Source of the DNA: Mobula hypostoma
Lineage: Eukaryota
Direction of reading: 5' to 3'
Length of the DNA stretch: 64,000 nucleotides
Assembly: GCF_963921235.1 (NCBI RefSeq)
Contig: NC_086101.1
Location: 110,112,001-110,176,000 of the forward strand
Position numbers and translations under genes: made by a program. A model generated the notes under the pieces. It worked only from the letters and a program-made list of their open reading frames with translations, had not been told where the DNA came from and did not search any database. Positions 35,805 through 48,425 of the stretch are shown here, piece after piece (positions within the stretch are counted from its first letter, which is position 1; every line of letters begins with the position of its first letter).

Positions 35805-37500
35805 GAACTTGGCTCAAGCAAAGACACATTCAATATCATCATTATTTATCGTATTGTGTGGACGATCATGATTATTCTTGGCAATTTTTTCTACAGAAGT
35901 GGTCTGCCGTTGCCTTCTGCTGGGCAGTGTCTTTACAAGACGGGTGACCCCAGCCATTATCAATATTCTTCAGAGGTTGTCTGCCTGGTGTCAGTGGTCA
36001 CATTACCAGGAATTGTGATCTGCACCGGCTGCTCATACGACCATCCACCACTTGCTCTTATGGCTTCACATGACCCTGATCGGGGAGGAGTGGCAGGGGG
36101 CTAAGTAGGTGCCACACCTTGTCCAAAGGTGACTTGCAGACTAGCAGAGGGAAGGAGCGTTTTTCACCTCCACCCCGGAGCAGGGGAGACTGAGGATCAG
36201 TCTGCAACAGCGGGTAATGGTATTGGTCCATGGTATAAATAAGGTTGGGAACCCCTGGTCCATATTCTGAGCCCAGCATCTACATGCAATCTTATGTCCA
36301 TAGACACAGGAGCAGAATTAACCATTAAAAAATGCTCACAATATTCCAAATGCAGTCTGACCAAAGTCTCTGCAGTACATACTTGCCATTATATTCTACT
36401 TCAAGTTCAAGTTTATTGGCAATTAACCATATACAGGGATACCACCAATCAAGGCACTGTTCCTCTGGACCAAGGTATGCAACACAGGACACATAATTCA
36501 CACACATAATGCATAAATTAAAACTACCACAGATAAATTAGCAAATAATAATAATGTACATGCATGATGTTGTTCATCGACTATAGCTCAGCATTTAATA
36601 CCTTCATTCCCACAATCCTGATTGAGAAGTTGCAGAACCTGGCCTCTATACCTCCCTCTGCAATTGGATCCTCGACTTCCTAACCGGAAGACCACAGTCT
36701 GTGCAGATTGGTGATAACATATCCTCCTCATTGACGATCAACACTGGCGCACACTGCTCTACTCTCTGTATACACATGACTGTCTGGATAGGCATAGCTC
36801 AAATACCATCTACAAATTTGCTGACGATACAACCATTGTTGGTCACCAATCTCAGGTGGTGACAAGAGGGAATAAAGGAGTGAGATATGCCAACTAGTGG
36901 AGTGGTGCTGCAGCAACAATCTGGCACTCAATGTCTGTAAGACGAAAGAACTGATTGCAGACTTCAGGAAGTGTAAGACAAAGGTGCACATACCAATCCT
37001 CAGAAGGATCAGAAGTGGAGAGAGTGAGCAGCTTCAAGTCCTTCAGTGTCAAGATCTCTGTGGATCTAACCTGGTCCCAACATATCGATGTAGTTAAAAA
37101 GAAAGCAAGACAGTGCTATACATTACTAGGAGTTTGAAGAGATTTGGCATGTCAACAAATACACTCAAAAACTTCTATAGTTGTACTGTGAAGAGCATTC
37201 TGACAGGCTGCATCACTGTCTGGTATGGAGGGGCTACTGTACATGACCGAAAGAAGCTGCAGAAGTTTGTGAATCTACTCAGCTCCATCTTGGGCACTTG
37301 CCTACAAAGTACCCAGGACATCTTCAGGGAGCGGTGTCTCAGAAAGGCGGCATCCATTATCAAGGACCTCCAGCACCCAGGGCATGCCCTTTTCTCACTG
37401 TTACCATCAGGTAGGAGGTACAGAAGCCTGAAGGCACACACTCAGCGATTCAGGAACAGCTTCTTCCTCTCTGCCATCCGATTCCTAAATGGACATTGAA
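35805..37500 (+). repeat. Arm A of inverted segmental duplication
   Basis: Reverse complement of 58731-58109 joined to 53737-~52620; ~98% identity over 36120-36430 (7 differences counted). Confidence 0.9.
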
Positions 37501-37730
37501 GCTTTGGACACTACCTCACTTTTTTTAAATATACAATATTTCTCTTTTTACACATTTTAAAAAAATCTATTCAATATATGTAATTAATTTACTTGTTTAT
37601 TTATTATTATGTCTTATTTTATTATTATTATTTTTTCTCTCTCTGCTAGATTATGTATTGCATTGAACTGCTGCTGCTAAGTTAACAACTTTCACGTCAC
37701 ATGCCGGTTATAATAAGCCTGATTCTGATA
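36563..37730 (+). mobile_element. Rex1/Babar LINE, 5'-truncated
   Basis: DYSSAFN, YKFADD, KDLQHPGHALFSLLPSGRRYRS; shares its 5' truncation point with the copy at 52190-53603. Confidence 0.88.
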
Positions 37731-37734
37731 CAAG

Positions 37735-38960
37735 ATAATAAGTAAACAGCATAATGCTACTGGCACTTCATACGTGATAACACCTGTGTGGTGACAGGGA
37801 GTTCAGAAGTCTTACAGCGTGGATGAAAAAGCTGTTCCTATCCAAACAGTTCTTGTCCTAATGCTACGGTCCCTCCTGCCTGATGGGGGTGGTATATTTA
37901 GATAGCAATTGTTGGATAGATGGGAGGGATCATTAACAATGCTAAATGCCCTGCATATTCAGCACTCCTGATAAATATCTCTGATGGGTGGAAGAGAGAC
38001 TGGGATGATCCTCTCAGTAGTCCTCACCATCCTTTGTTGGGACTTGCAGTCAGATACTTTGTAATTCCCACACCCGATGGGGATGCAGCTTCTCAGGGCA
38101 TTCTAGAGATTGTGAAAATTGGTTAAGATAGCGAGTGGTGGAGGTGAATGGGAAACCTCAATGCCCTCAATCTCCTCTGGAAGTGGAGTTGCCGCTGTGC
38201 TTTCTTGAACAAAGAGATGGCGTTGAGGGACCAGGTAAGATTGTCCATTATGTGCACTCTCAGAAACTTGATGCTCCTAACTCTCTTTCTGCGGGAGCTG
38301 TGTATGTGCAGTGAAGAGTGATCAGCTTGCACATTACTAGAGTCCACAATCAATGCCTTGGTCTTGTCCACGTTGATGCTCAAGTTGGTGCACTTTCACC
38401 ATTCTACCAGCCCCCTTCCCTCATTGTTGATGAGGTCAACCACTGTTGTGGCAACAGTGAATTTGATGATTCACTTTAACCATGCATGCAGCTCTGGGGA
38501 GTGCCAGTTCTCAGTGTGGTGGAGCTAGATGTGTTTCTGCCAACGCAGACTGACTGTGACCTTTCTGTCCAAAAGTCCAGAATCCCGTTATAGAAAGAGG
38601 TGCTGAGACCCAATGAGGACAGCTTCTGAGCTTCTGAGGTATGATTGTACTGAACACCGGGCTGAAGTCAATGAACCTCATCCTGGCAAATGTATCCTGG
38701 CATTTTCCAGGACGGGCAGGACGGAGTGGAGTGCAGAGTCTGTGGCATCGTATGTGGATCTATGTGAGCAATAAGCGAACTGCAAAGGGTCCAATGTACT
38801 AGGAGGATGGGATTTAATGTGATCCATAACTAGCTAACTCAAAACACTTACATTATTGTTGAGGTCACTGCCAGTGGGTGGTAGTTGTTGAAGCAGGTCA
38901 CTGTCACCCTCTTGGGTACCAGGATGACGGTGGTCACCTTGAAACCTGAGGAGACAGTGA
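37735..38960 (-). mobile_element. Older Rex1/Babar-type LINE fragments
   Basis: INVDKTK.LIVD, IKFL.VHI.DNLTWS, AQRQLHF motifs. Confidence 0.7.
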
Positions 38961-39744
38961 ACTGTTCCAGAGAGAACAGTCATGGTTAGAGAGTACCATG
39001 GCACAGAAACAGGCCCTTTGGCCCATTAAGTCCATGCCAATCTATTTCTCTGCCCAGTCCCATCGACCATAGCCCTCCATGCCCTCCTCATCCTAGTACT
39101 TGCACAAATGACTCTCAAATGTTGAAATCGCCAATATTGCATTTGACTTCATTCCTACCGACTCAGTTTACAAGTTAGCCTGAACGGAATCCTGCACAAC
39201 AACTCCCAAGTCCCTTTGCAGCTACAATTTCTGAATTCTGTCCCTATTTAGAAAAGCGACCATGAGGCATAGAAGCAGAATTAGACAATTCCACCCTTCA
39301 AGCCTGCTCTCTGCTGTTCGATCCACGGCTGATTTACTTTCCTTTCAACATCATTGTCCTGCCTTCTCCCGATAACCCTTGATGCCCTTACCAATCAAGA
39401 ACCTATCAACCTCCGCTTTAAAATAGTCTACACCTTTATTCTTCCTGCCAAAGTTCATAACCTCCACTTTCCTGAGGTGAAGTCCAAGAGTCAGAGTGTG
39501 TGTATATATATGGCATTTATCATCAAGGATATCCGCATCCAGGCCATGCACACCACCAGATTCATTACCCTACAACCATCAGGCTCCTGAACCAACAGGG
39601 ATAACTTCACTCAGCACAAGACTGAACAAAACCTATGGACTCACATTCAAGGACTCTACAACTCATGTTCTCAGTGTTATTTACTTATTTATGATTCTTA
39701 TTTTGTATTTGCACGGTGTCCTCTTTTATGGGTGGTGGGATGGA

Positions 39745-40110
39745 AATATGTCTCTACCAAAGGAGGTGTAAGGTGCTCCTTCCCTCTGCTAGGCAATGGG
39801 TCACTCTTGGGCAAGTGTTTAGCAACCACCCCCCACCGCTGATCAGGGTCATGTGAAGCCACAGGAGCAGGTAGTCGATGATTGTATGAGCTGCTGGTGC
39901 ATATCACCACAAGTCCTGGCTATATGACCACTAATGCCAGGCAGACAAGCTCAGAAGAGTATAGACAATGGCTGAGGTCACCCCTCTTGTAGAGACATTG
40001 GTCACAAGAAGGCAATGGTAAACCACTTCTGTAGAAAAATTTGCCAAGAACAATCAAGGTCAAGAGACCATGATCGCCCACATCAGATGACACAGGATAT
40101 CATAATGATG
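39745..40110 (+). mobile_element. SINE with ggcaaaccacttctgtagaaaaatttgcc tail (RTE-like tail, inferred)
   Basis: Homologous copies at ~35830-36150 (-) and ~58380-58700 (+). Confidence 0.65.
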
Positions 40111-41259
40111 ATGATATTCTCTTTTGCACAGTGGTTGCTGCTCGGTCATTGTGTTCAATTTTTAAATGATTCTATTGTATTTTTGCTCTACTGTGAATGC
40201 CCGCAAGGAAATGAATCTGAAGGTAGTATTTGATGATATATATTGTACGTACTTTAATGACAAATTCACTTTGAACTTTGGACAGATAGACTCGCATGAA
40301 TTGCAAGGTCATTTTGAAATGCATGCCTAACTGAACAAGAAAAGGAACTGCTATTGAACACAGATTCAGTGCAGGAACTGTCAGCTCTATGAAATGCTGC
40401 AAGAGGATACCTCGAACACCACCCAGGACTTTGAATGGCACCTTTCCCCTGAGTAGTACACTCAACAGTGTAGGCTTCCCTCGCTCCTGCACTGGGCTGT
40501 CAACCTTTGGTCCTGTGTTCAGCTCATCCACTCGTACACCTCTGATACCAACACCTTTCTTTTCCCAGATGGCGCCAAGCTAGTCTCCGTCAGTGTCACA
40601 GTTCATACTTGGTTGCTTTTAAGGATTTGGGGGACAGAGGAGAGTCAGGAGTGAGGTTAAGGTTTAAGGACGAGGATCTGAAGGGATTATGCAGTCAGGC
40701 CAGATTCTAAGCATCCACTACATGCTCGAAGGCCAGCGACGTTGGACATCCATGATTGGATTTCAGGCAGGCAGACAGACGTGTATAAGGTCTAGTGCCC
40801 ACCCCCCACCCCCATCCCCCTGAGTCAGCAAGTTGTCAGTGTGTGTTCTGGAGTTGGATTTCTGTGTGGTCAGGAAGAACGAGATCTGATGAAACCCTGG
40901 GGTAGTAAATTGGTGTGACCTGAGTTCAAGGCTCAGTGTAAAGGTTCCCAACATTGGCCAGTCCAGAGTTTGAGGCACAATTTTTAGTAATTGGTCTGTC
41001 CTGGGTCAAGTCTGAGGATTGAGGCCAGGGGGTCAAATTGGAAATTCAGAAGTCACGGCCTGCTGGCTAGTACACATGAGGGAAACTCATGCAGTCACAG
41101 GGAGAATGAGCAAGATTCTCTCTCTCAAAACACACACATGCACACGCGTACAGGCAGTGGAGGAGGTAGCGATCGAACTGGATCCCTGAAGCTGTACCAA
41201 CAGTAAGGATGTGAATGGTAGAATGAGTTTCTGATAGGTTTTCTGTGATTATATTTCAG

Positions 41260-41312
41260 ATGCCTCTGGGTCGCCTCAGAATTATGACATGCCTAACATC
41301 GTTGCTGCTGAG
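41260..41312 (+). CDS. Exon 8: 53-nt cytoplasmic exon (DASGSPQNYDMPNIVAAE)
   Basis: Acceptor gattatatttcag, donor gtaaaa at 41313; phase 1 to 0, exactly bridging exon 7 to the phase-0 last exon. Confidence 0.72.
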
Positions 41313-42609
41313 GTAAAACACCTTTCTTGGCTGGTTAAGCTGAGAACACAAGTAAACTTATTATATCCCTGGGTAATAACCTACAGACCCAGACTAGAAT
41401 CACGGAACATGGTGATTATTTTAACCATTGAATGTGGTGAGAACAAGGCCATTCTGCCCCTTGAGTCTGGACTGGCTCCTAGCAGAACCAAATGGAGACA
41501 CGAGTGACTGCAGATGCTGAAATATGACCTCAATGCAAGGTGTTGGAAGAATTCAGCAGGCCAGGCTGTCGATCTTTTGGGCTGAGACTTTTGATCTGAA
41601 TGGAAAGAAAGCAGGGAGATAGCCGGTACAAAGAGGTGGAGGGAAGAGACAGAGCAATAGCTGGCAGGTGATGGTGAGGGAGAGTGGGTATAGAGGCAGA
41701 GGCTGGGAGGTAAGGTGACAAAGGACTGAAGATGTTGGGATTCAATAGGAGAGGAAGGTGGGGCATGGAACCAAGTGAGGGAGATAAGGATGGCAGAGTG
41801 GAGCTGTATGGGGAAGGGAACTGCAGTTATTCTCACTCATCTGTCTAACCTCCTATCTGGATCCACCCATCACCTACCAGCTCTTGTTCCATCCCTTTCT
41901 CTCCCCACCCCCCACTTATTTATTCAGGCCACCACCCCTCTCTCTTCCAATCCCAAGGAAAGGCCTTGGCCCGAAACAACGACTGTTCATTTCCTTCCGC
42001 AGTTGCTGCCTGACCCGTTGAGTTCCTCTGGTGTATTGCTTCTCAGCTAGTTGGGCAATCCCTTAAATTATAACAATCTCCTCCCTCCCGAACACGTTGT
42101 CCGTCCTTCTACAAACTCTTCTCCCTCAAGGTATCCTCGGATCCTTCTCGAAGCCTCCAGATGGTCCAATGACCAATTAATCTACCTACTGGTACATCTT
42201 TGGACTGTGGGAGGAAACCGGAGCACTCGGAGGAAACCCACATGGTCATGGGGAGGATGTAGAAACTCCTTACAGGTAGTGGAGAAAGTGAACCCGGGCC
42301 ACTGGTACTGTGAAGCATTTTGCTAACCATTATGCTACAGCGTCACCCCATGGTGTTGATGTTTTGAGCCAAGGCCCTTCATCAGGACTGGAAAGGATGG
42401 TGACTCTGGCTTCAGACCCATTCCTCTCCAGTCCTGATGAAGGGTCTTGGTCTGAAACGTCAACAATTTATTCCCATCCATAGATGTTGTCTTACCTGCT
42501 GAGTTCCTCCGGCATTTTAGACGTAGGTCACTTGTTACCTTGTCCATTTGAGGTAAGAAGTATCTACCTGTGTAGTCCCTTGAAATAAGGACTAACCTTG
42601 TCCATTACC

Positions 42610-43758
42610 TTAGAAACATAAAAAGCCTACAGCACAATACAGGCCCTTCAGCCCACAAAGTTGTGCTGAACATGCCCCTACCTTAGAAATTACTAGGGTT
42701 ACCCATAGCCCTCTATTTTTCTCAGCTCCATGTTCCTATCCAGGAGGCTCTTAAAAGACCCTATCGTATCCGCCTCCACCACCGTTGCCAGCAGCCCATT
42801 CCACGCACTCACCACTCTCAGTGTAAATAAACTTACCCCTGACATCTCCTCTGTACCTACTCCCAAGCAGCTTAAACCTGTGCCCTCTTGTGGCAGCCAT
42901 TTCAGCCCTGGGAAAAAGCCTCTGACTATCCACATGATCAATGCCTCTCATCATCTTATACACCTCTATCAGGTCACCTCTCATCCTCTGTCGCTCCAAG
43001 GAGAAAAGGCTGAGTTCACTCAACCTATTCTCATAAGGCATGCTCCCCAATCCAGGCAACATCCCTGTAAATCTCCTCTGCACCTTTTCTATGGTTTCCA
43101 CATCCTTCCTGTAGTGAGGTGACCAGAATTGAGCACAGTACTCCAAGTGGGGTCCGACCAGAGTCCTATATAGCTGCAACATTACCTCTTGGCTCCTAAA
43201 TTCAATACCACGATTGATAAAGGCCAATACACTGTATGCCGCCTTAACCACAGAGTCAACCTATGTAGCAGCTTTGAGCGTCCTATGGACTTGGACCCAA
43301 GGTCCCTCTGATCCTCCACACTGCCAAGAGTCTTACCATTAATGCTATATTCTGCCATCATATTTGACCTACCAAAACGAACCATCTCACACTTATCTGG
43401 GTTGAACTCCATCTGCCACTTCTCAGCCCAGTTTTGCATCCTATCAATGTCCTGCTGTAACCTCTGACAGCCCTCCACACTATCCACAACACACCCAAAC
43501 TTTGTGTCATCAGCAAACTTACTAACCCACCCCTCCACTTCCTCATCCAGATCATTTATAAAAATCACAAAGAGTAAGGATCCCAGAACAGATCCCTGAG
43601 GCTCACCACTGGTCACCGACCTCCATGCAGAATATGACCTGTTTACAACCACTCTTTGCCTTCTGTGGTCAAGCCAGTTCTGGATCCACAAAGCAATGTC
43701 CCCTTGGATCCCAAGCCTCCTTACTTTCTCAATAAGCCTTGCATGGGGTACCTTGTCA
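42610..43758 (-). mobile_element. 5'-truncated CR1 (RT C-terminal half + 3' tail)
   Basis: ORFs 43182-43772 and 42751-43251: DKVPH, QGSVLG, KFADDTK, HLEYCAQFW. Confidence 0.9.
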
Positions 43759-43785
43759 TCTTGACCTCCCAAACTACTTGGTCAT

Positions 43786-44024
43786 GACTCTTGCACCTTC
43801 CTGTCTACTTGTACTACACTTCCTCTAACGCATTCTGTATTGTTATTGATTTACCTTGAGCTACCTCAATGCACTGTATAATGAACAGGTCTCAAAGGCT
43901 GGTAGATAGGGTCATAAAGAGGGCTTTTGGTGCGTTGGCCTTCATCAGCCAAAGTACTGCGTATGGGAGTTGGGATACTGTGTTGAAGTTGTATAAGCTT
44001 GTGAGGCCTAATTTGGAGTCTTGT
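43786..44024 (+). repeat. 239-bp perfect direct repeat, copy 1 (copy 2 at 44603-44841)
   Basis: Base-by-base identical by eye; offset 817 bp. Confidence 0.9.
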
Positions 44025-45949
44025 GTGCAGTTCTGGTCACCTTCCTGCAGGATGGGTATCAATAAGATTGAAAGAGTACAGAGAAAATTCACAAGAATGT
44101 TGCCTGGACTTGAGAACCTGGCTTATAGCAAGAAGGTTGAATAGGTCAGGACTTTATTCCTGGAATGTAGGAGAATGAGGGGAGGTTTGATAGAGGCATA
44201 CAAGTTATGAGGGGTATCGATAGGCAAGCAGGCCTTTTCCACTGAGGTTGGGTGAGTCTAGAACTAGAGGTCATGGTTTAAGGGTGAAAGGTGAAATATT
44301 TATTTAATTTTAATTTTATTTAGTTACTTTAGCATGGAGTAGGCCCTTCGGCCCTTCAATCCCCCCAGCTCAGCAACCCCCCATTAACCCTAACCTAATC
44401 ATGGGACAATTTGCGATGGCCTTTTCACCTACCTAGTACGTCTTTGGACTGTGGGAGGAAGCCAACGTACCCTACAGGAAATGCCCACACTCCCCGAGGA
44501 GGACGTAGAGAGACCCCTTACAGAACGGCACCAGAATTGAACTCTGAACTCCAGACACCTTGAGCTGTAGTACCATGGTGCTCGTGCGTTCAAGGGTAGC
44601 AAGACTCTTGCACCTTCCTGTCTACTTGTACTACACTTCCTCTAACGCATTCTGTATTGTTATTGATTTACCTTGAGCTACCTCAATGCACTGTATAATG
44701 AACAGGTCTCAAAGGCTGGTAGATAGGGTCATAAAGAGGGCTTTTGGTGCGTTGGCCTTCATCAGCCAAAGTACTGCGTATGGGAGTTGGGATACTGTGT
44801 TGAAGTTGTATAAGCTTGTGAGGCCTAATTTGGAGTCTTGTTCACTCAGAGTGCGGTGACAGCGTGGAACGAGCTGCCAGGGAAGGGGTGGATGCACGTT
44901 TGATTGCGACATTTAAGAGAACTTTGGATAGGTTTATGGATGGGAGGAGGATAGAGGGCTATGGTCCAGGTGCAGGTCAATGGGATTAGGCAGAATTATA
45001 GTTTGGACCTAAAGGACCTACTTCTGTGCTGTAGTGCGTTATGACTCTAAGACAAGTTTTTCTCTGTATCTCAGTACATGTAACAATAATAAACCTATAG
45101 TTATGGTGCATGGCAGAGCTGAGGAATGGAGACACCTTGCTGTGCAAGACCAAGGATGCCAGCAGGTGGCAACACAGGCAGATAAATTGGTGGAGAAGGC
45201 ACACACAACACTTGCCTTCATTAGTCAAGGTACAGAGAATGAGACCTGAGTGGTTTCGGTATAACTCTATAAAATATTAGCTAGGCCTCATCTGTTCACA
45301 CCCCTTCCACACTATCGAGTGGACAGGGCTGCGGAGAGGCCACAGAGGAGACCTGCCAGCAATGGAGTCTTTCTGGATAAGTTCAGTTTGAAGCTTAGGG
45401 GGAACCGACAGCCGTAGATTGAATTGTGAGGGCACAGATAGGATTGCAGGTGGGAAACTTTTCTCCGGAGCAGACCTGTTTCATACGAGAAGATTTTGGT
45501 TTAGGGTGAGGGATAAGAGATTGTGAGGGGGGGTCTAAGGAAGAAATTTTCTGCCCAGAGGTGGGGTTGGAATCTGGAGCTCACTGCCTGGGGACGTGGT
45601 GAAGGCAGAGACTCACAAGCTCTATCTAGACAAGCCTTTGAGTCACTGAGGCCTTGGACCCAGCGCTGGTAAATGGATTCTAGATGGGTTAGGACAAATG
45701 TTGTGGGCCAAAGAGGCTGCTTCCATTCTGTGTGAGAATAAGATAAGAGGGGGACATTTTAAGATGAGCGGGAAAAAGTTTAAAGGAGCTAATTAATTAA
45801 TATCCTGTTACACCTGTTGGTGTTTAGGGCAGCAATGAAGGTCCCCCATCTGTCTGTCCTTGGCCACATAGAAGGAATTTTCGTTACTGTTTCCATAGCA
45901 TTTTTGACCATTCAGGGTTGTTTGTCCTGAACTGAACCCCCAAACCTGG

Positions 45950-46490
45950 AGGATTGACAGATCTCATCTGCATCTCCTCCATTTCCCAAACATCTGCGCT
46001 CACCCCATCTTCCTGCAGCCTTAACAGTGATAGAGTTCCTCTTGTCCTTACCTACCACCCCATGAGCTTCCACATCCAACACGTCATCCTCTGCAACCTG
46101 CCATTTCCACAGGGATCCTGCCACCAAACATAGCTTTAGCTCCCCTCTCTCCATTCTCTGCTTCCCACAGGGATCACTCCCTCAGTGATTCCCTTGTCCA
46201 TTCGTCCCTCCGCACTAATATCCCTCCAGGGACTTATCCCTGCTAGCAGCCAAAATGCTACAACTGCCCATGCACCTCCTCTCTCCACTCAGGGCCCCAA
46301 ACAGTCCTCCCAGTTGAGGCAAAACTTCATTTGCGTATCTTCTGGGGTCGTCTATTGTGTCTGGCACTCCCAATGCATTAGTGAGACCTGTTGAAAATTG
46401 TGGGACCATTTCTTTGAGCATCTCCTCACCTTCCCACCAAAAGCAGACCTTCCCAGTGGCCAAACACTTTATTTCTGATTCCCATTCACT
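45950..46490 (+). mobile_element. Penelope-like element fragment
   Basis: Same family as 1-760 (RVPLVLTYHP-like segment, cttcatttgcgtatcttctggggtcgtctattg). Confidence 0.6.
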
Positions 46491-46579
46491 TTGAAATGAA
46501 TAAATATTTTGCATCAGTCTTCCATGTGGAAGACACCAGCAGTATGCTGGAAGTTCAAAACTGCCGGGGGCAGAAGTGA

Positions 46580-47880
46580 GTGCAGTTGTTCTACTAGGGA
46601 GAATATGTTTGGGAAGCTGAAAGGTCTGAAAGTAGATAAGTCACTTGACCCAGATGGACTGCAGAACCCCAGGGTTCTGAAATATATAGCTGAAGAGAAC
46701 GTGGGGGCATTATTAATGAACTTTCAAGAACCACTAGTCTCTGGCATGGGTCTGGAGGACCGGAAAATTGCAAACGTCATTCCACTCTTGAAGAAGGGAG
46801 GAGAGAAGCAGAAGAAAGTAAATGATATGTCAGTTAGTCTGACCTCAATGGTTGGGAAAGTGTAGGAGTCGATTGTTAAGGATGAGGCTTTGGAGTACTT
46901 GGAGGCACATGATTAAATAGACTGAAGTCAGGTCAGCATTGTTTCATCAAGGGGAAATCTTGCCTGACAAGTCTGTTGGAATTTTTTGAGAAAATAGCAA
47001 GCAGGATAGATAAAGGAGAAACAATACTTGGATTAGGCGTACTTGGATTTTCAAAACGCCTTTGACAAGGGGCCACACATGTGGCTGCTTAGCAAGATAA
47101 GAGCCCCCAGTATTACAGGAAAGATACTAGCATGGATAGAGCATTGGCTGATTGGGTGGAGGCAAAGAGTGGGAATAAAGGGAGCCTTTCATGATCACAT
47201 GCCAGTGGGTAGTGGTGTTCCACAGGGGTCAGGGTTGGGACTGCTACTTTTTCCATTACATGTCAATGATCTGGATGACGGAATTGATGGCTTTGTGGCA
47301 AAGTTTGCAGATGATATGAAGATTGGTGGAGTGGCAAGTCAGTGGCAACATGAATACATTGTTGAGAAGTGTATGGTCATGCACTTTGGTAGAAGGAATA
47401 AAAACATAGACTATTTTCTAAACAGGGAGAAAATTCAAAAATCTGAGCTACAAAGGGACTTGGGAGTCCTTGTATAGGATTTCCTAAAGGTTTACTTGCA
47501 GGCTGAGTAAGTGGTGAGGAAGACAAATGCAATGTTAGTATTCATTTTGAGACGGCTAAATATAAAAACAAGAATGTGATGCTAAGGCTTCATAAGACAG
47601 AGGTGAGACCTCACTTGAGAAGTTTTGGGCACTAAGAAAAGATGTGCTGACGTTGGAAAGGGTTCAAAGAAGGTCCTTGAAAATTATTTCTGCAATTGAA
47701 CGCCTTAATATATGAGGAGCGTTTGATGGCCCTGGGCCTGTCCTCAGTTCCTCCAGCGTGTCGTGAGGGATAGTTTCTTGATTAGTCAGGGTGTGAAAGG
47801 TTATGGGCTTGAGAGGGAAATGGATCAGTCATAATGAAACTGCAGAGCAGACTCAGTGGGCATAATTCTGCTCCAATGTC
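46580..47880 (+). mobile_element. Decayed CR1 ORF2 fragment
   Basis: KSLDPDG, DFQNAFDK, GVPQGS, KFADD. Confidence 0.8.
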
Positions 47881-48425
47881 TAATAATCTTATAGTCTAAT
47901 AACTTTCTTTATAACCCCTCACGACATCTGGAGGCCATTTGGCCCTTCGAGCTTATGCCGACTCAGAACAATTTTCATCAGTTCCATTGCTAAGCTTAAA
48001 CCGTTTCTCTCCTCTGTTCTCACTGACCTACAGCAACTCCCTGCACCCTGAGATTCTACCCCTGACCTAAGCACGAAGAGGCAATTTGCAGTGGCCAGTT
48101 AACCCACCAGCCCTGCACATGGTGGGGATGTGGAGGAAACCTCGGCAATTGCAAAACCGAGGCGGTCACGGGGAGAATGTGCAAATCCACCCCCCCCACA
48201 CACACACACACACACAAACACATGTGCAAAATTGCGCTCACACTTGCACACTCACACACACGCTCTCTCTCTGGAGCTATAAGGCAGTGACTCTAATTAT
48301 CACACCACTGTGCTGACTAGGGATCACTGGCTCTCTCGACCTGCCTCACCAACTCTTTGATTATCTCCTTCCCCTTGATAAGAGCTCTGCTCATTCTCCT
48401 GTGCTGCCCTGTACCTCTCTTGCAG

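Noticed and set aside
35123-35947. 274-aa Pro/Ser/Leu-rich ORF
   Set aside because: Arises from a polypyrimidine Penelope-type tail plus an antisense SINE; no domain features.
43700-44340. Twin-priming inversion of one CR1 (also at ~4150)
   Set aside because: The adjacent opposite-strand pieces overlap in RT coverage and belong to different subfamilies, so they are separate insertions.
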